Shown here one piece after another: positions 18,040 through 27,356 of a stretch of DNA of 64,000 nt (position 1 is its first letter; each line of letters opens with the position of its first letter). This DNA comes from Rhizobiaceae bacterium (GTDB lineage Bacteria > Pseudomonadota > Alphaproteobacteria > Rhizobiales > Rhizobiaceae), in NCBI GenBank assembly GCA_014238155.1, contig JABABQ010000033.1, positions 55,538-119,537 of the forward strand, given 5' to 3'. The position numbers and the translations under genes were made by a program. Under the pieces are notes generated by a model that saw nothing but the letters and a program-made list of their open reading frames with translations, did not search any database and was not told where the DNA came from.

Positions 18040-21000
18040 TCATGTGGCTGCCCCCATCGGCCTGCCCGCATAGTGCTCAAGATCAAACTTCGCTGAGTTT
18101 GAGCGGGCTGTCCACAAGTCTCGTTCCATCGCTTCAAGCAAGCGATCACACATTTCTTTCAACGCATGTGGGTTTTTTTGAGCCATGAATTCGCGGACAT
18201 CTTCATCCACGACAAATGCCTGATATACAGCGTCGAAGTGATGATCGCGCACCGCTCCGGTTGTTGCTGAAAAAGCAAACATATAATCGACAGTCGCGGC
18301 TATTTCGAATGCACCCTTATAGCCGTGGCGCATAACACCGCTGATCCATTTGGGGTTGACCACGCGCGCCCGAACCACCCGACCGATTTCTTCTTCAAGC
18401 GTACGCACAACAGGGCGTTCGGGACGGGAATGGTCGTTGTGATAGACCGTCGGTCGGGTGCCGGAAACATGTTCGACAGCTGCCGTCATACCGCCTTCAA
18501 ACTGATAATAATCATCGCTGTCCAATAGGTCGTGTTCGCGGTTATCCTGATTGTGGACCACCGCCTGAACACCGCCGATCCTTTGTTCAAACTGCGATCT
18601 TGCCTCATCTCCCTGGGCGTCAGCGCCATAGGCGTAGCTGCCCCAGGTCAGATAGGCCTGAGCCAGGTCTGCTGCATCTTTCCAGCCCTTTTCATCGATC
18701 AGCGCTTGCAACCCTGCTCCGTAAGCTCCGGGTTTTGAGCCAAATATTCGATGCCCGGCAGACTTGCGCGCCTGTTTGTGCTCCACACCATCAGCGATCA
18801 AACTCGCTGTGTCCTCGGTGATTCTGGCGGCAATGGGATTATCTGCCGCATCCTCCTCAAGCGCACCAACAGCCCGGATGGCTTTGTCCAGAAGGTCAAT
18901 CTGCGCGGGAAAGGCATCGCGGAAAAACCCCGAGATGCGCATCGTTACGTCGACCCGTGGCCGGCCCAATTCCGCCAGAGTGATTATTTCTGTACCCGTT
19001 ACCCGCCGCGATCCATGGTCCCAGACTGGCCGAACGCCGATCAGCGCCAGGGCCTGGGCAATATCATCTCCTCCGGTGCGCATGTTGGAAGTGCCCCATG
19101 CCGAAAGGCCAAGGGAACGCGGCCATTCACCATGCTCCTGCCGATGCCGGGTGATCAGCAATTGGGCTGATTTCTGGCCCAGATGCCAGGCGGCGGGTGT
19201 TGGTACCGAACGGGAATCCACGGAATAAAAGTTGCGCCCCGTGGGCAGAACATCGGCCCGCCCACGGGTTGGTGCTCCTGATGGTCCGGGTTCGACAAAA
19301 CGACCATCCAGACCGGAGAGGAAACCGCTAATTTCATTGCGTCCGCAAGTTTCAATCACCGGCAGAAGAGTTCGTTGAATGCCATCCAGCACTGGCGCGG
19401 TGTTCTGCCAATTATCCTCAGCTTCGATTTCTCCGGACACAAGGCCGGCGGCAAGCACTTCAAGACGTTCAACGGTATCGCCAATGCTGCGCCAGTTATC
19501 GGCCAGCAAATCGCTGAAAATTTGTGGCTTTTCTCCCTCCCAGCGGGCACCCATGTCGCAGTCGAGCGGATCAAAATCGGTCTCAGGCAACAGATCAGCG
19601 GCCAGCGCCCGTTGCAGGCTGGCATCTTCGCCCTCGCCCAGGCCTCTGGGGACCCGCGCCAGAGCGACAGTCAGATCGGTTTTCAACCGCCCTTCTGGGG
19701 AAGCTCCAAAAATATGCAGACCATCCCTGATCTGCATTTCCTTCAATTCGCACAAATAGGCATCGAGCTTTTCCAACGCCGCATCATCGCCGACGTCGTC
19801 GCCACCGTCGCCGCCGCGATCAATGCCGACATCCTGATCAAGACCGGTGTCGCGCATCAGGTCCAGAATTTGACCTTTCAGATACGGCAGACGGCGTTGA
19901 TCGAACCCGGCGGCTTCATAATATTCATCCACCAGCGCCTCAAGCTCTTTCAACGGGCCATAACTTTCTGCCCGGGTGAGTGGTGGAGTCAGATGGTCAA
20001 TGATGACCGCCGAAGAGCGACGTTTGGCTTGAGTCCCTTCTCCCGGATCATTGACGATGAATGGATAGAGATGCGGCATTGCGCCAAATACGGCCTCGGG
20101 ATAGCAGGTTTCGCTCAACGACAGGGCCTTGCCCGGCAACCACTCCATGTTGCCGTGCTTGCCCATATGAGCAATTGCGTCTGCCCCAAACACTTCGCGC
20201 AGGAAAAAATAGAATGCAAAATAGCCGTGCGGCGGCACAAGGTCTGGTGAGTGATAGGTGTCGGTGGGGTTAATATTATAGCCACGCGCAGGCTGAATGC
20301 CGACCATGACATCGCCAAACGGTGCCAGCGGCAGGGCAAAGCAATCTTCTCCCGCAACAAAATATGGATCGGATTCTGGCGCTCCCCATCTGTCCTGAAC
20401 CTGCGCTTGAATCTCAGTTGGAAGGGAATCAAACAAAGTCTTGTAATGATTCAAACAATAGGTTTCGCGAATTTCCCTGCCATCGCGTGCAGCATTAGTC
20501 GGTCCGGCCTGCAGATGCGAGATCAACGCATCACCATCAACCGGCAGATCGCCGACCGAATAACCCTGATCCTGCATCGCCTTGAGCACTTCGATGGTGC
20601 CGGCCGGCGTGTCGAGACCAACTCCATTGCCCAATCTGCCATCGCGATTGGGATAGTTGGCCAAAATCAGGGCCACACGCCGCTCGCTTTCCGATTTACG
20701 GTGCAATTTCACCCAATTTGCTGCCAGTTCAGCGACAAATGTCACGCGGTCATCAAGCGCCACGTGACGGACGATATTGGCCTGCACGGCATCATCAAAA
20801 TTGTCGGCGTTCTTGAAGGCTATCGCCCGCGCGAGCACCCGACCGTCAACTTCCGGCAGAGCCACATTCATCGCAAGATCGCGCGAAGAGAGCCCCTGAT
20901 CAGATTGCTGCCAGGCTTCTTCGCTGCCGCCTGCAAGAATGGCCTGCAGTACGACGGCATCTCCTTCTTCCAATACGGTTGGAATGCGTTGGCCATTGGG

Positions 21001-21834
21001 AGAGGCAACGGCAAATCCAGTCATGTTGATGACCACCTGCGGTGCCGTTTGCGAAAACAGGTTGCGCACCGTGGCCTGAGACAGTTCATCCTTCAACGAA
21101 CTGACAAAAACCGGCAGAGAGTTGATGCCGAGAAGTTTCAACGCCGTCACCAGTTTTTCGATCGGCTGGGTGTTTCCAGATTGTAGCAAGGCCCGGTAGA
21201 ACGTCAGCGCAACCACCGGTGCATCTTTTATCCAGTTTTGCCGCAAGTCTTCCAATGTGGGAGTTGGATTGGACGGCCACCACAATCCGGCCTTTAAAAG
21301 CGGAGCAGCGGGTGCAATCTCTGCCAAACTTGCCTGATTGCCGCTGACGACATTCTTGCAGGCCCGCAAAAAATTGGACGAATTCTGGGCTCCGCCCTGA
21401 ACCAGATACTCCCACAGTGAGAGAACCAGTACCGGGTCAGCAGTATTAAAACGTTCCAGCGACGGGTCCGGTTTGTCGTCACCGGGCAGAGCAACCAGTG
21501 GAATACCATTTTCCACACAGGTCGCGTGCAAAACTTCCAGACCGTACGGCCAATAGCTCTCCCCGCCCAGCACCCGAACCACCACGAGGCGTGATTTTGC
21601 GACAGTATTTTGCGCGTAGACATCAATCGACATGGGGTGCGACAGGGCCATCATATTGGCCAGCCGCAGGCTCGGCGCATCGCCCAGTGACGTCAGCGCC
21701 TCCCGCGCCGCCGACAGGCTGGCGAGTTCTGTATCTGCCGCTGAAATAAAGATTATGTCGGCTGGCGACTGACCAAGGTCAATCGCCTCATCGGCATCTG
21801 CTATTGCGCCCTTTTGTGCCAGCAATAGATGCAT
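18040..21834 (-). CDS. cobN: cobaltochelatase large subunit CobN
   Basis: 1264 aa, matching CobN/Mg-chelatase H family length, with conserved blocks (HMGKHGNMEWLPGK, DNREHDLLDSDDYYQF). Confidence 0.95.
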   Translation of the reverse strand: MHLLLAQKGAIADADEAIDLGQSPADIIFISAADTELASLSAAREALTSLGDAPSLRLANMMALSHPMSIDVYAQNTVAKSRLVVVRVLGGESYWPYGLEVLHATCVENGIPLVALPGDDKPDPSLERFNTADPVLVLSLWEYLVQGGAQNSSNFLRACKNVVSGNQASLAEIAPAAPLLKAGLWWPSNPTPTLEDLRQNWIKDAPVVALTFYRALLQSGNTQPIEKLVTALKLLGINSLPVFVSSLKDELSQATVRNLFSQTAPQVVINMTGFAVASPNGQRIPTVLEEGDAVVLQAILAGGSEEAWQQSDQGLSSRDLAMNVALPEVDGRVLARAIAFKNADNFDDAVQANIVRHVALDDRVTFVAELAANWVKLHRKSESERRVALILANYPNRDGRLGNGVGLDTPAGTIEVLKAMQDQGYSVGDLPVDGDALISHLQAGPTNAARDGREIRETYCLNHYKTLFDSLPTEIQAQVQDRWGAPESDPYFVAGEDCFALPLAPFGDVMVGIQPARGYNINPTDTYHSPDLVPPHGYFAFYFFLREVFGADAIAHMGKHGNMEWLPGKALSLSETCYPEAVFGAMPHLYPFIVNDPGEGTQAKRRSSAVIIDHLTPPLTRAESYGPLKELEALVDEYYEAAGFDQRRLPYLKGQILDLMRDTGLDQDVGIDRGGDGGDDVGDDAALEKLDAYLCELKEMQIRDGLHIFGASPEGRLKTDLTVALARVPRGLGEGEDASLQRALAADLLPETDFDPLDCDMGARWEGEKPQIFSDLLADNWRSIGDTVERLEVLAAGLVSGEIEAEDNWQNTAPVLDGIQRTLLPVIETCGRNEISGFLSGLDGRFVEPGPSGAPTRGRADVLPTGRNFYSVDSRSVPTPAAWHLGQKSAQLLITRHRQEHGEWPRSLGLSAWGTSNMRTGGDDIAQALALIGVRPVWDHGSRRVTGTEIITLAELGRPRVDVTMRISGFFRDAFPAQIDLLDKAIRAVGALEEDAADNPIAARITEDTASLIADGVEHKQARKSAGHRIFGSKPGAYGAGLQALIDEKGWKDAADLAQAYLTWGSYAYGADAQGDEARSQFEQRIGGVQAVVHNQDNREHDLLDSDDYYQFEGGMTAAVEHVSGTRPTVYHNDHSRPERPVVRTLEEEIGRVVRARVVNPKWISGVMRHGYKGAFEIAATVDYMFAFSATTGAVRDHHFDAVYQAFVVDEDVREFMAQKNPHALKEMCDRLLEAMERDLWTARSNSAKFDLEHYAGRPMGAAT

Positions 21835-21840
21835 GGTTTG

Positions 21841-22899
21841 TTAGCTCAACGCTGCTGCAACGGCTGAACGAATGGCAGCTTGATCCATATCGTGCAGGCC
21901 GATAACAACCAAACGCGAAGAACGCTTTTCAGCATCCGCCCAATCCCGGTCAAAATAGGTATCGATGCGCTTACCCACTGCCTGAACCACAAGTCGCATG
22001 GGTTTTCCGGCAATCTCAACAAATCCCTTTAAACGCAATACGTCGTGATTATCGATGATCTCCACCAGCGCGGCGGCCAGCTTTTTGGCGTCTTTGACAC
22101 TGCCACCTTCAACCACAAAGCTCTCGAACTCGTCATGATCATGCTCATGACCATCTGCATGATGAATTTCATGATGACTTTGGCGATTTTCCATATCGCT
22201 TTCCGTGCCAACACCTAATCCCAGCAGGACATCGGCGCCTGGTGTGTTGCCCAGGCCGGCGCGGATCAGTTTTACACGCCGTTCGGTGGCACCCCGAACT
22301 TCACCTTCGACAGTCGCCAGCGCTTCAGCTGGCAACAGGTCCGTCTTGTTCAGGATAATCATATCTGCACAGGTGATCTGATCTTCAAACAATTCTTCCA
22401 GCGGGCTTTCATGGTCGAGACTTTCATCCTGCTCCCGCTGCGCCTGAACCGCATCGTGGTCATCGGCAAAGCGTCCTTCGGCAACAGCGGCTGAATCCAC
22501 CACCGTAACCACTCCATCAACAGTGACCCGTTCACGAATATCCGGCCAGTTGAATGCATTGACCAACGGCTGAGGCAAAGCCAGACCGGAAGTTTCAATG
22601 ACGATGTGGTCGGGTCGGCGATCGCTCTCCACCAACTTGGTAATGGTTGGAATAAAATCATCCGCCACGGTGCAACAGATGCAGCCATTGGTCAGTTCAA
22701 CAATGTCGTCCTTGCTGCAGGTTTCGTCACCGCATCCGGCCAGCACGTCTCCATCAACGCCAAGGTCGCCAAATTCATTGATAATGAGAGCAATTCGCTT
22801 GCCATTGGCCGTTGCCAACAGGTTGCGGATCAGAGTGGTTTTTCCCGATCCAAGAAAGCCGGTTATCACGGTTGCGGGAATTTTTTGAGCGTCCATCAT
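21841..22899 (-). CDS. cobW: CobW (COG0523 GTPase metallochaperone)
   Basis: GFLGSGKTTL P-loop, GCICCT motif, His-rich stretch HHEIHHADGHEHDHDEF. Immediately upstream of cobN. Confidence 0.9.
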   Translation of the reverse strand: MMDAQKIPATVITGFLGSGKTTLIRNLLATANGKRIALIINEFGDLGVDGDVLAGCGDETCSKDDIVELTNGCICCTVADDFIPTITKLVESDRRPDHIVIETSGLALPQPLVNAFNWPDIRERVTVDGVVTVVDSAAVAEGRFADDHDAVQAQREQDESLDHESPLEELFEDQITCADMIILNKTDLLPAEALATVEGEVRGATERRVKLIRAGLGNTPGADVLLGLGVGTESDMENRQSHHEIHHADGHEHDHDEFESFVVEGGSVKDAKKLAAALVEIIDNHDVLRLKGFVEIAGKPMRLVVQAVGKRIDTYFDRDWADAEKRSSRLVVIGLHDMDQAAIRSAVAAALS

Positions 22900-22914
22900 T
22901 TTCTCTTTTCGATA

Positions 22915-23439
22915 TCACTTGAGCCGGTGCGGCAGCCCTGCCGTCACGAACCAGACATTTTGTGCAATTGCTGCAATGTCCTGATGCAATCTGCCTGCAT
23001 GGTCGCGAAAATCGCGCGCCATCTTTTCCGTTGGCACAATGCCCTGCCCGACTTCGTTGGAGACCAGAAGAACCGAGCAATCAGTGCCCAATCCGGCCAA
23101 GCCCAAAGCCAGCTTTTGCGATGCTTTTTCCACATCAGCATCAGCCATCATCAGATTGGTCAGCCACAGGGTCAGACAATCAACCACAATGCAATTTTGT
23201 TGGTCAGCCAGCGGGCTTAGCTGTTCCAGCAGATCAACCGGTTCTTCAATCAGCTGCCATTCCGGGCCACGTTGGCTCTGGTGTCTGGCGATGCGCTGCT
23301 CCATCTCGCCATCCCAGGCCTGACTGGTAGCAAGATAGATTTTGCTGCGCTGACTATCAGCAGCCAGTTGTTCTGCAAAGGTGCTTTTGCCCGACCGCGC
23401 GCCGCCCAGTATGAGCGACACGCCAGGACGGAAATGCAT
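22915..23439 (-). CDS. cobU: bifunctional adenosylcobinamide kinase / adenosylcobinamide-phosphate guanylyltransferase
   Basis: LILGGARSGKS P-loop, 174 aa, conserved CLTLWLTN block. Confidence 0.9.
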   Translation of the reverse strand: MHFRPGVSLILGGARSGKSTFAEQLAADSQRSKIYLATSQAWDGEMEQRIARHQSQRGPEWQLIEEPVDLLEQLSPLADQQNCIVVDCLTLWLTNLMMADADVEKASQKLALGLAGLGTDCSVLLVSNEVGQGIVPTEKMARDFRDHAGRLHQDIAAIAQNVWFVTAGLPHRLK

Positions 23440-23448
23440 GTCGCCGCT

Positions 23449-24081
23449 CTAGCCAGCCAGATTGAGTGCAGCCAGAACGTGTTCTGACATCAACAATCCA
23501 CCAGCACCGGCAACAATTCCGCCGGTGACCCGAGCCGGAACATTGGCAGACCACTCACGGGCTTTACCCATGCTGATCACGATGGCCGAACCGGCAACGA
23601 TTGCGATCGCATACTGGGTCACACCGAAACCGGTCAGATAGGCAAACAACGGTGTTGTTTCAGCGCCAAAGATTGCTTCACCATAAGCAAAGCCGTGGAA
23701 CAGGCCAGCAATTGCAAAAATGCCCGCCAGAGCCGCCACTGGCATTTTCTTGCCGATGAAAACCACAGCACCAAGGACCACCAAAGAGACAGCGATCATC
23801 ATCTCAACGGCTGGCAGATTAATCGCCATGACGTGAATGGCCGTGCCCGCGATCGTGGCAATGATAAAAGCCAGGGGCGAGATGAACCGGCTTCCAGCCA
23901 GTGCAGCAGCGATACCAACGGCAACGACAAATGCCAGATGATCTACCCCGATGATCGGATGACCGACACCGGACAACAGGCCCTCAAACAAGGTTGATGG
24001 TGTTTGCCCACCCATAGGGTGATGTGCAAATGCAGAAGTGGATACCAGCGTCAACAGGCTGGCGAATGTTAGTTTTTTCAT
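23449..24081 (-). CDS. HupE/UreJ-family metal (Ni/Co) transporter
   Basis: Signal peptide then AHHPMGG, GVGHPIIGVDHLAFVV, and about 6 hydrophobic segments. First gene after a cobalamin riboswitch. Confidence 0.8.
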   Translation of the reverse strand: MKKLTFASLLTLVSTSAFAHHPMGGQTPSTLFEGLLSGVGHPIIGVDHLAFVVAVGIAAALAGSRFISPLAFIIATIAGTAIHVMAINLPAVEMMIAVSLVVLGAVVFIGKKMPVAALAGIFAIAGLFHGFAYGEAIFGAETTPLFAYLTGFGVTQYAIAIVAGSAIVISMGKAREWSANVPARVTGGIVAGAGGLLMSEHVLAALNLAG

Positions 24082-24194
24082 GGTGAAACAACTCCCGTGT
24101 TATACCCATTTGGCAAGGAGTGGCAGCGGCGGCGACAGCGGCGTTGGGAATATCATCCCTCAGCATCAGCGCAACCGGAACTCCCCGTCCGTTA

Positions 24195-24395
24195 AACTTC
24201 CGGGCATTATTACCCGTTGCATATGGCAGGTCTCCTGGCTACGGATCATCGGCTGCTGCCCACCTTCCCGTTTCAGATGAAACAGTGGTCTATTGGACAG
24301 AGCCTCACCGCTACAGTCGCGGGGTCGGCTGTGTTTCGCGCTCCCTGTTTGGGTCAGCCCGTCACATTCCCTTTTGCTTTTCAACTCCCCTTTCG
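24195..24395 (-). promoter_or_regulatory. cobalamin (AdoCbl) riboswitch
   Basis: Minus strand reads AAAAGGGAAUGUGACGGG ... CCCCGCGACUGUAGCGGUGAGG ... GACCACUG ... AACGGGAAGGUGGG ... and the B12 box AGCCAGGAGACCUGCC (plus coordinates 24225-24240). It lies about 140 nt upstream of the hupE-like start. Confidence 0.85.
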
Positions 24396-24505
24396 AGGCC
24401 TGTCGAAAACCATTTGCTGTTGCGACTAAATAGCCCGCAGCAGGACAAGTCAATCGAGAATGCGACATGCTATGACGGCCAGCTATAAAGTTTCAATTCC
24501 GAGCT

Positions 24506-26038
24506 TCAGGCAGGGATATCCCAGATTGCCGGATCGATCACCTGTTCAAGATGATCTGCCAGCGCATCGAGCGCCGCCTCGACATTCTGCCGGTAGTTCA
24601 TGCCACTGTTATGAATGCCAATTCCGGCAAGATAGGAATTGCGCCACGGGTCACTGGTAAACAATCCATGCAGGTAGCTGCCCCGAACCCGGCCATCCGG
24701 TGAGATTGCACCTTCATTGCGCCCGTCCAGCCGGATCATCGGACGCTTTGTGCCGTGACCGGTGGTTCGCCCCATATGGATTTCGTAACCGCTGAGCGAT
24801 TCCCCGCTTTGTGCATCAACCGCAATCCGGTTCATCACCGTTTTTTGGGCAACCAGGACAGTTTCAATATCCAACAGGCCCAGGCCCTCCGCCTCGGTCT
24901 GAATTCCCTCGATCGCATCCGGGTCCCGCACGACATGACCCAGCATCTGATACCCCCCACAGATGCCCAGCACGTGGCCACCCCGCGACACATGATTCAC
25001 AAGCTCAACATCCCAGCCCAAATCCCTGAATTGATTCAAGTCTGCAATGGTCGACTTCGACCCGGGCAGAACAACCAGACTGGCGTTTTGCGGCCAGTCC
25101 TCGCCGGGACGGACAAACACCAGGCGCACCCCGGGGGTTTGCTTGATTGGATCAAGGTCATCGAAATTTGCAATCCGCGACAACACTGGCACCACCACGA
25201 CCACACCTTCTCCATCGCAGCGACCGCCACCGCCGCCGCTGCCTGTTGGTTTTTCAAGCGCGACTGAATCTTCCGCCGGCAATTGGGACGTTTCACGGAT
25301 ATAGGGGATAACTCCGAGGCCCGGCCAACCGGTGAATTTTGTGATCTGTTTCAGCCCCTCATCAAACAGGCTGACATCGCCCCGGAATTTATTGATCAGA
25401 TAGCCGCGCACCATGTCGCGATCAGCGGCGGGCAGAATTGTATGAGTGCCGACGAGACTGGCGATCACCCCGCCGCGATCAATGTCGCCAATCAAAATCA
25501 CCGGTACATTGGCCTCGGTTGCAAATCCCATATTGGCAATATCACCGGCCCGCAGATTGATTTCGGCGGCAGATCCTGCACCTTCAACGATGACCAGGTC
25601 GCAACCTTCCCCCAGACGATTAAAGCTGGTCATCACCGCGTCCATTAATTGCGGTTTCAGCTTTTGGTAGTCCCTGCCCTTGGCGGAACCCCAGACTTTG
25701 CCGTGAACAACGATCTGGCTGCCGGTCTCGGATTGTGGTTTTAGCAGTACAGGATTCATGTCGGTCGTCGGAGCAACACCACAGGCCAAGGCCTGCAGCC
25801 ATTGAGCCCGACCAATCTCGCCGCCAATCTCGCCGCCAATCTCGCCGCTGGTCTCGCCGCTGGGCAGAGGTTGTTCGGCAACTGCGGCATTGTTGGACAT
25901 GTTTTGAGGCTTGAACGGCCGCACGTTCAGGCCTTTGCGCCGGGCCAGCCGGCAAAGACCGGCCACCAGCACCGTCTTGCCCACATCGGAGCCCGTGCCC
26001 TGCAACATTACCGATTTGAAATTGCGCTGTTTGCTCAT
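24506..26038 (-). CDS. cobQ: cobyric acid synthase
   Basis: MLQGTGSDVGKT N-terminus, GGEIGRAQ motif, C-terminal amidotransferase (ICGGYQMLG), 510 aa. Confidence 0.9.
   Translation of the reverse strand: MSKQRNFKSVMLQGTGSDVGKTVLVAGLCRLARRKGLNVRPFKPQNMSNNAAVAEQPLPSGETSGEIGGEIGGEIGRAQWLQALACGVAPTTDMNPVLLKPQSETGSQIVVHGKVWGSAKGRDYQKLKPQLMDAVMTSFNRLGEGCDLVIVEGAGSAAEINLRAGDIANMGFATEANVPVILIGDIDRGGVIASLVGTHTILPAADRDMVRGYLINKFRGDVSLFDEGLKQITKFTGWPGLGVIPYIRETSQLPAEDSVALEKPTGSGGGGGRCDGEGVVVVVPVLSRIANFDDLDPIKQTPGVRLVFVRPGEDWPQNASLVVLPGSKSTIADLNQFRDLGWDVELVNHVSRGGHVLGICGGYQMLGHVVRDPDAIEGIQTEAEGLGLLDIETVLVAQKTVMNRIAVDAQSGESLSGYEIHMGRTTGHGTKRPMIRLDGRNEGAISPDGRVRGSYLHGLFTSDPWRNSYLAGIGIHNSGMNYRQNVEAALDALADHLEQVIDPAIWDIPA
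25812..25859 (-). repeat. in-frame 12-bp tandem repeat inside cobQ (three perfect copies plus one variant) encoding (GEIG)n
   Basis: ccaatctcgccg at 25812-25823, 25824-25835 and 25836-25847; ctggtctcgccg at 25848-25859. Confidence 0.95.
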
Positions 26039-26117
26039 CCTTGCGGCTTACCGCAGCGGGAGCATCTTGAACAGCCGATATTGTTTCTGCTTGATTTTGA
26101 AACCTGCGGTTCGGGCG

Positions 26118-26170
26118 CAAAGCAAAACAGCGATGGTATGTTCCGAAAATCGAGGAACATATCATCGCTG
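26118..26170 (-). terminator. intrinsic-terminator-like hairpin (17-bp stem, one C-A mismatch, 9-nt loop) followed by UUUUGCUUUG, 80 nt upstream of the cobQ start
   Basis: Minus strand reads CAGCGAUGAUAUGUUCC-UCGAUUUUC-GGAACAUACCAUCGCUG-UUUUGCUUUG. It could end the mmsB unit or act as a cobQ leader attenuator. Confidence 0.6.
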
Positions 26171-26448
26171 CCTGTACTCAAAGACTACACTGGCCCGACA
26201 CAACACGTCGGAGAATTCTTGCCCGGTACGCAAAACCTGATCCGGGAAGCAAGCAGGCGTTCATTCCTGCTGTGTTTTTGAAACTAGCGACTGTTTCCTA
26301 ACAGGCGGCTAATGAGTGGTTAAGCAAAAGGAAATCTTGCAGGAAAATTTTGCCGCCTTTGTGGAGCCAGTGGGCCGAAATTAAGATTTCGGCGCAGCCA
26401 TACAGGCAGCGCTCCAAAAATTGCTTAATTTAAAAAAAAACAAAAAAA

Positions 26449-27336
26449 TCAATCTTTTTTCGGTGCCTGCATCATTTTTATGATTCCTGAGAAATCGACA
26501 CCCCCGTTTCCCTCGTCGCAGAACTGTTTGTAGAGCTCATTGGCGTGAGCACCCAGTGGAGTTGACGCATCTGCCATCGACGCCGCTTCCTGTGACAGTC
26601 CCAGATCTTTCAGCATCAGATCAGCGGCAAAACCGGGCTTGTAGTCATTATTGGCCGGTGATGTTGGGACCGGTCCGGGAACCGGGCAATAGGTTGTGGT
26701 TGACCAGCTTTGTCCTGAAGCTGTCGACACGACATCAAACAATGCCTTATCGGTCAGCCCCAATCTGCGACCCAGTTCAAAGGCCTCCGCGGTGCCGATC
26801 ATGGTGACCGCCAGGATCATGTTGTTGCAGACTTTTGCAGCCTGCCCCGCAGTTGCCCCGCCACATTTGACGACCCGCCCGGCCATTGGTTCCAGAATGG
26901 GCGCGGCAGCCTCAAGTGCGGCATCAGTCCCGCCAGCCATGAAGGTCAGGGTCCCGTTGACGGCACCCATAATCCCACCCGATACCGGCGCATCGACACT
27001 CATTGCGCCAACCTTGTCTGCAATTTTGTGCGCTTCCTGAGCCGAGGTAATATCGATGGTGGAGCTATCTATCATCAAACAGTCGGAGCGAACTGCCTCC
27101 TTGATCTCATTATAGACGGCGACCACGTGCTTGCCAGCAGGCAGCATGGTGACAATAACGTCCTTGTCGGTTGCGGTTTCAATTGCGCTATCGGCAATTG
27201 TACAACCTGCGTTACGAGCATCTTCAATCGCTGCTGCAGAAAGATCAAAACCCATCACATCGTGACCAGCCTTGACCAGATTGGTGGCCATGGGACCGCC
27301 CATGTTTCCCAGTCCGATAAATCCAATACTGGCCAT
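26449..27336 (-). CDS. mmsB: 3-hydroxyisobutyrate dehydrogenase
   Basis: IGFIGLGNMGGPMATNL Rossmann N-terminus, 295 aa, next to an acyl-CoA dehydrogenase. Confidence 0.85.
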   Translation of the reverse strand: MASIGFIGLGNMGGPMATNLVKAGHDVMGFDLSAAAIEDARNAGCTIADSAIETATDKDVIVTMLPAGKHVVAVYNEIKEAVRSDCLMIDSSTIDITSAQEAHKIADKVGAMSVDAPVSGGIMGAVNGTLTFMAGGTDAALEAAAPILEPMAGRVVKCGGATAGQAAKVCNNMILAVTMIGTAEAFELGRRLGLTDKALFDVVSTASGQSWSTTTYCPVPGPVPTSPANNDYKPGFAADLMLKDLGLSQEAASMADASTPLGAHANELYKQFCDEGNGGVDFSGIIKMMQAPKKD

Positions 27337-27356
27337 TTTTATATTCCTTCGCGGCC

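Noticed and set aside
19375-21186. Two long plus-strand ORFs (291 and 311 aa)
   Set aside because: They are antisense to cobN, whose 1264-aa frame is unambiguous.
25812-25859. Tandem repeat considered as a CRISPR or minisatellite
   Set aside because: The 12-bp units have no spacers and lie in-frame within cobQ. It is a coding microsatellite, not a CRISPR array.
26175-26345. Possible second cobalamin riboswitch ahead of cobQ
   Set aside because: I read the minus strand and found no B12 box (AGCCAGGAGACCUGCC-like), no GCCACUG core and no GGUGxAAxUCC block, only generic hairpins. It is kept only as an unexplained structured leader.
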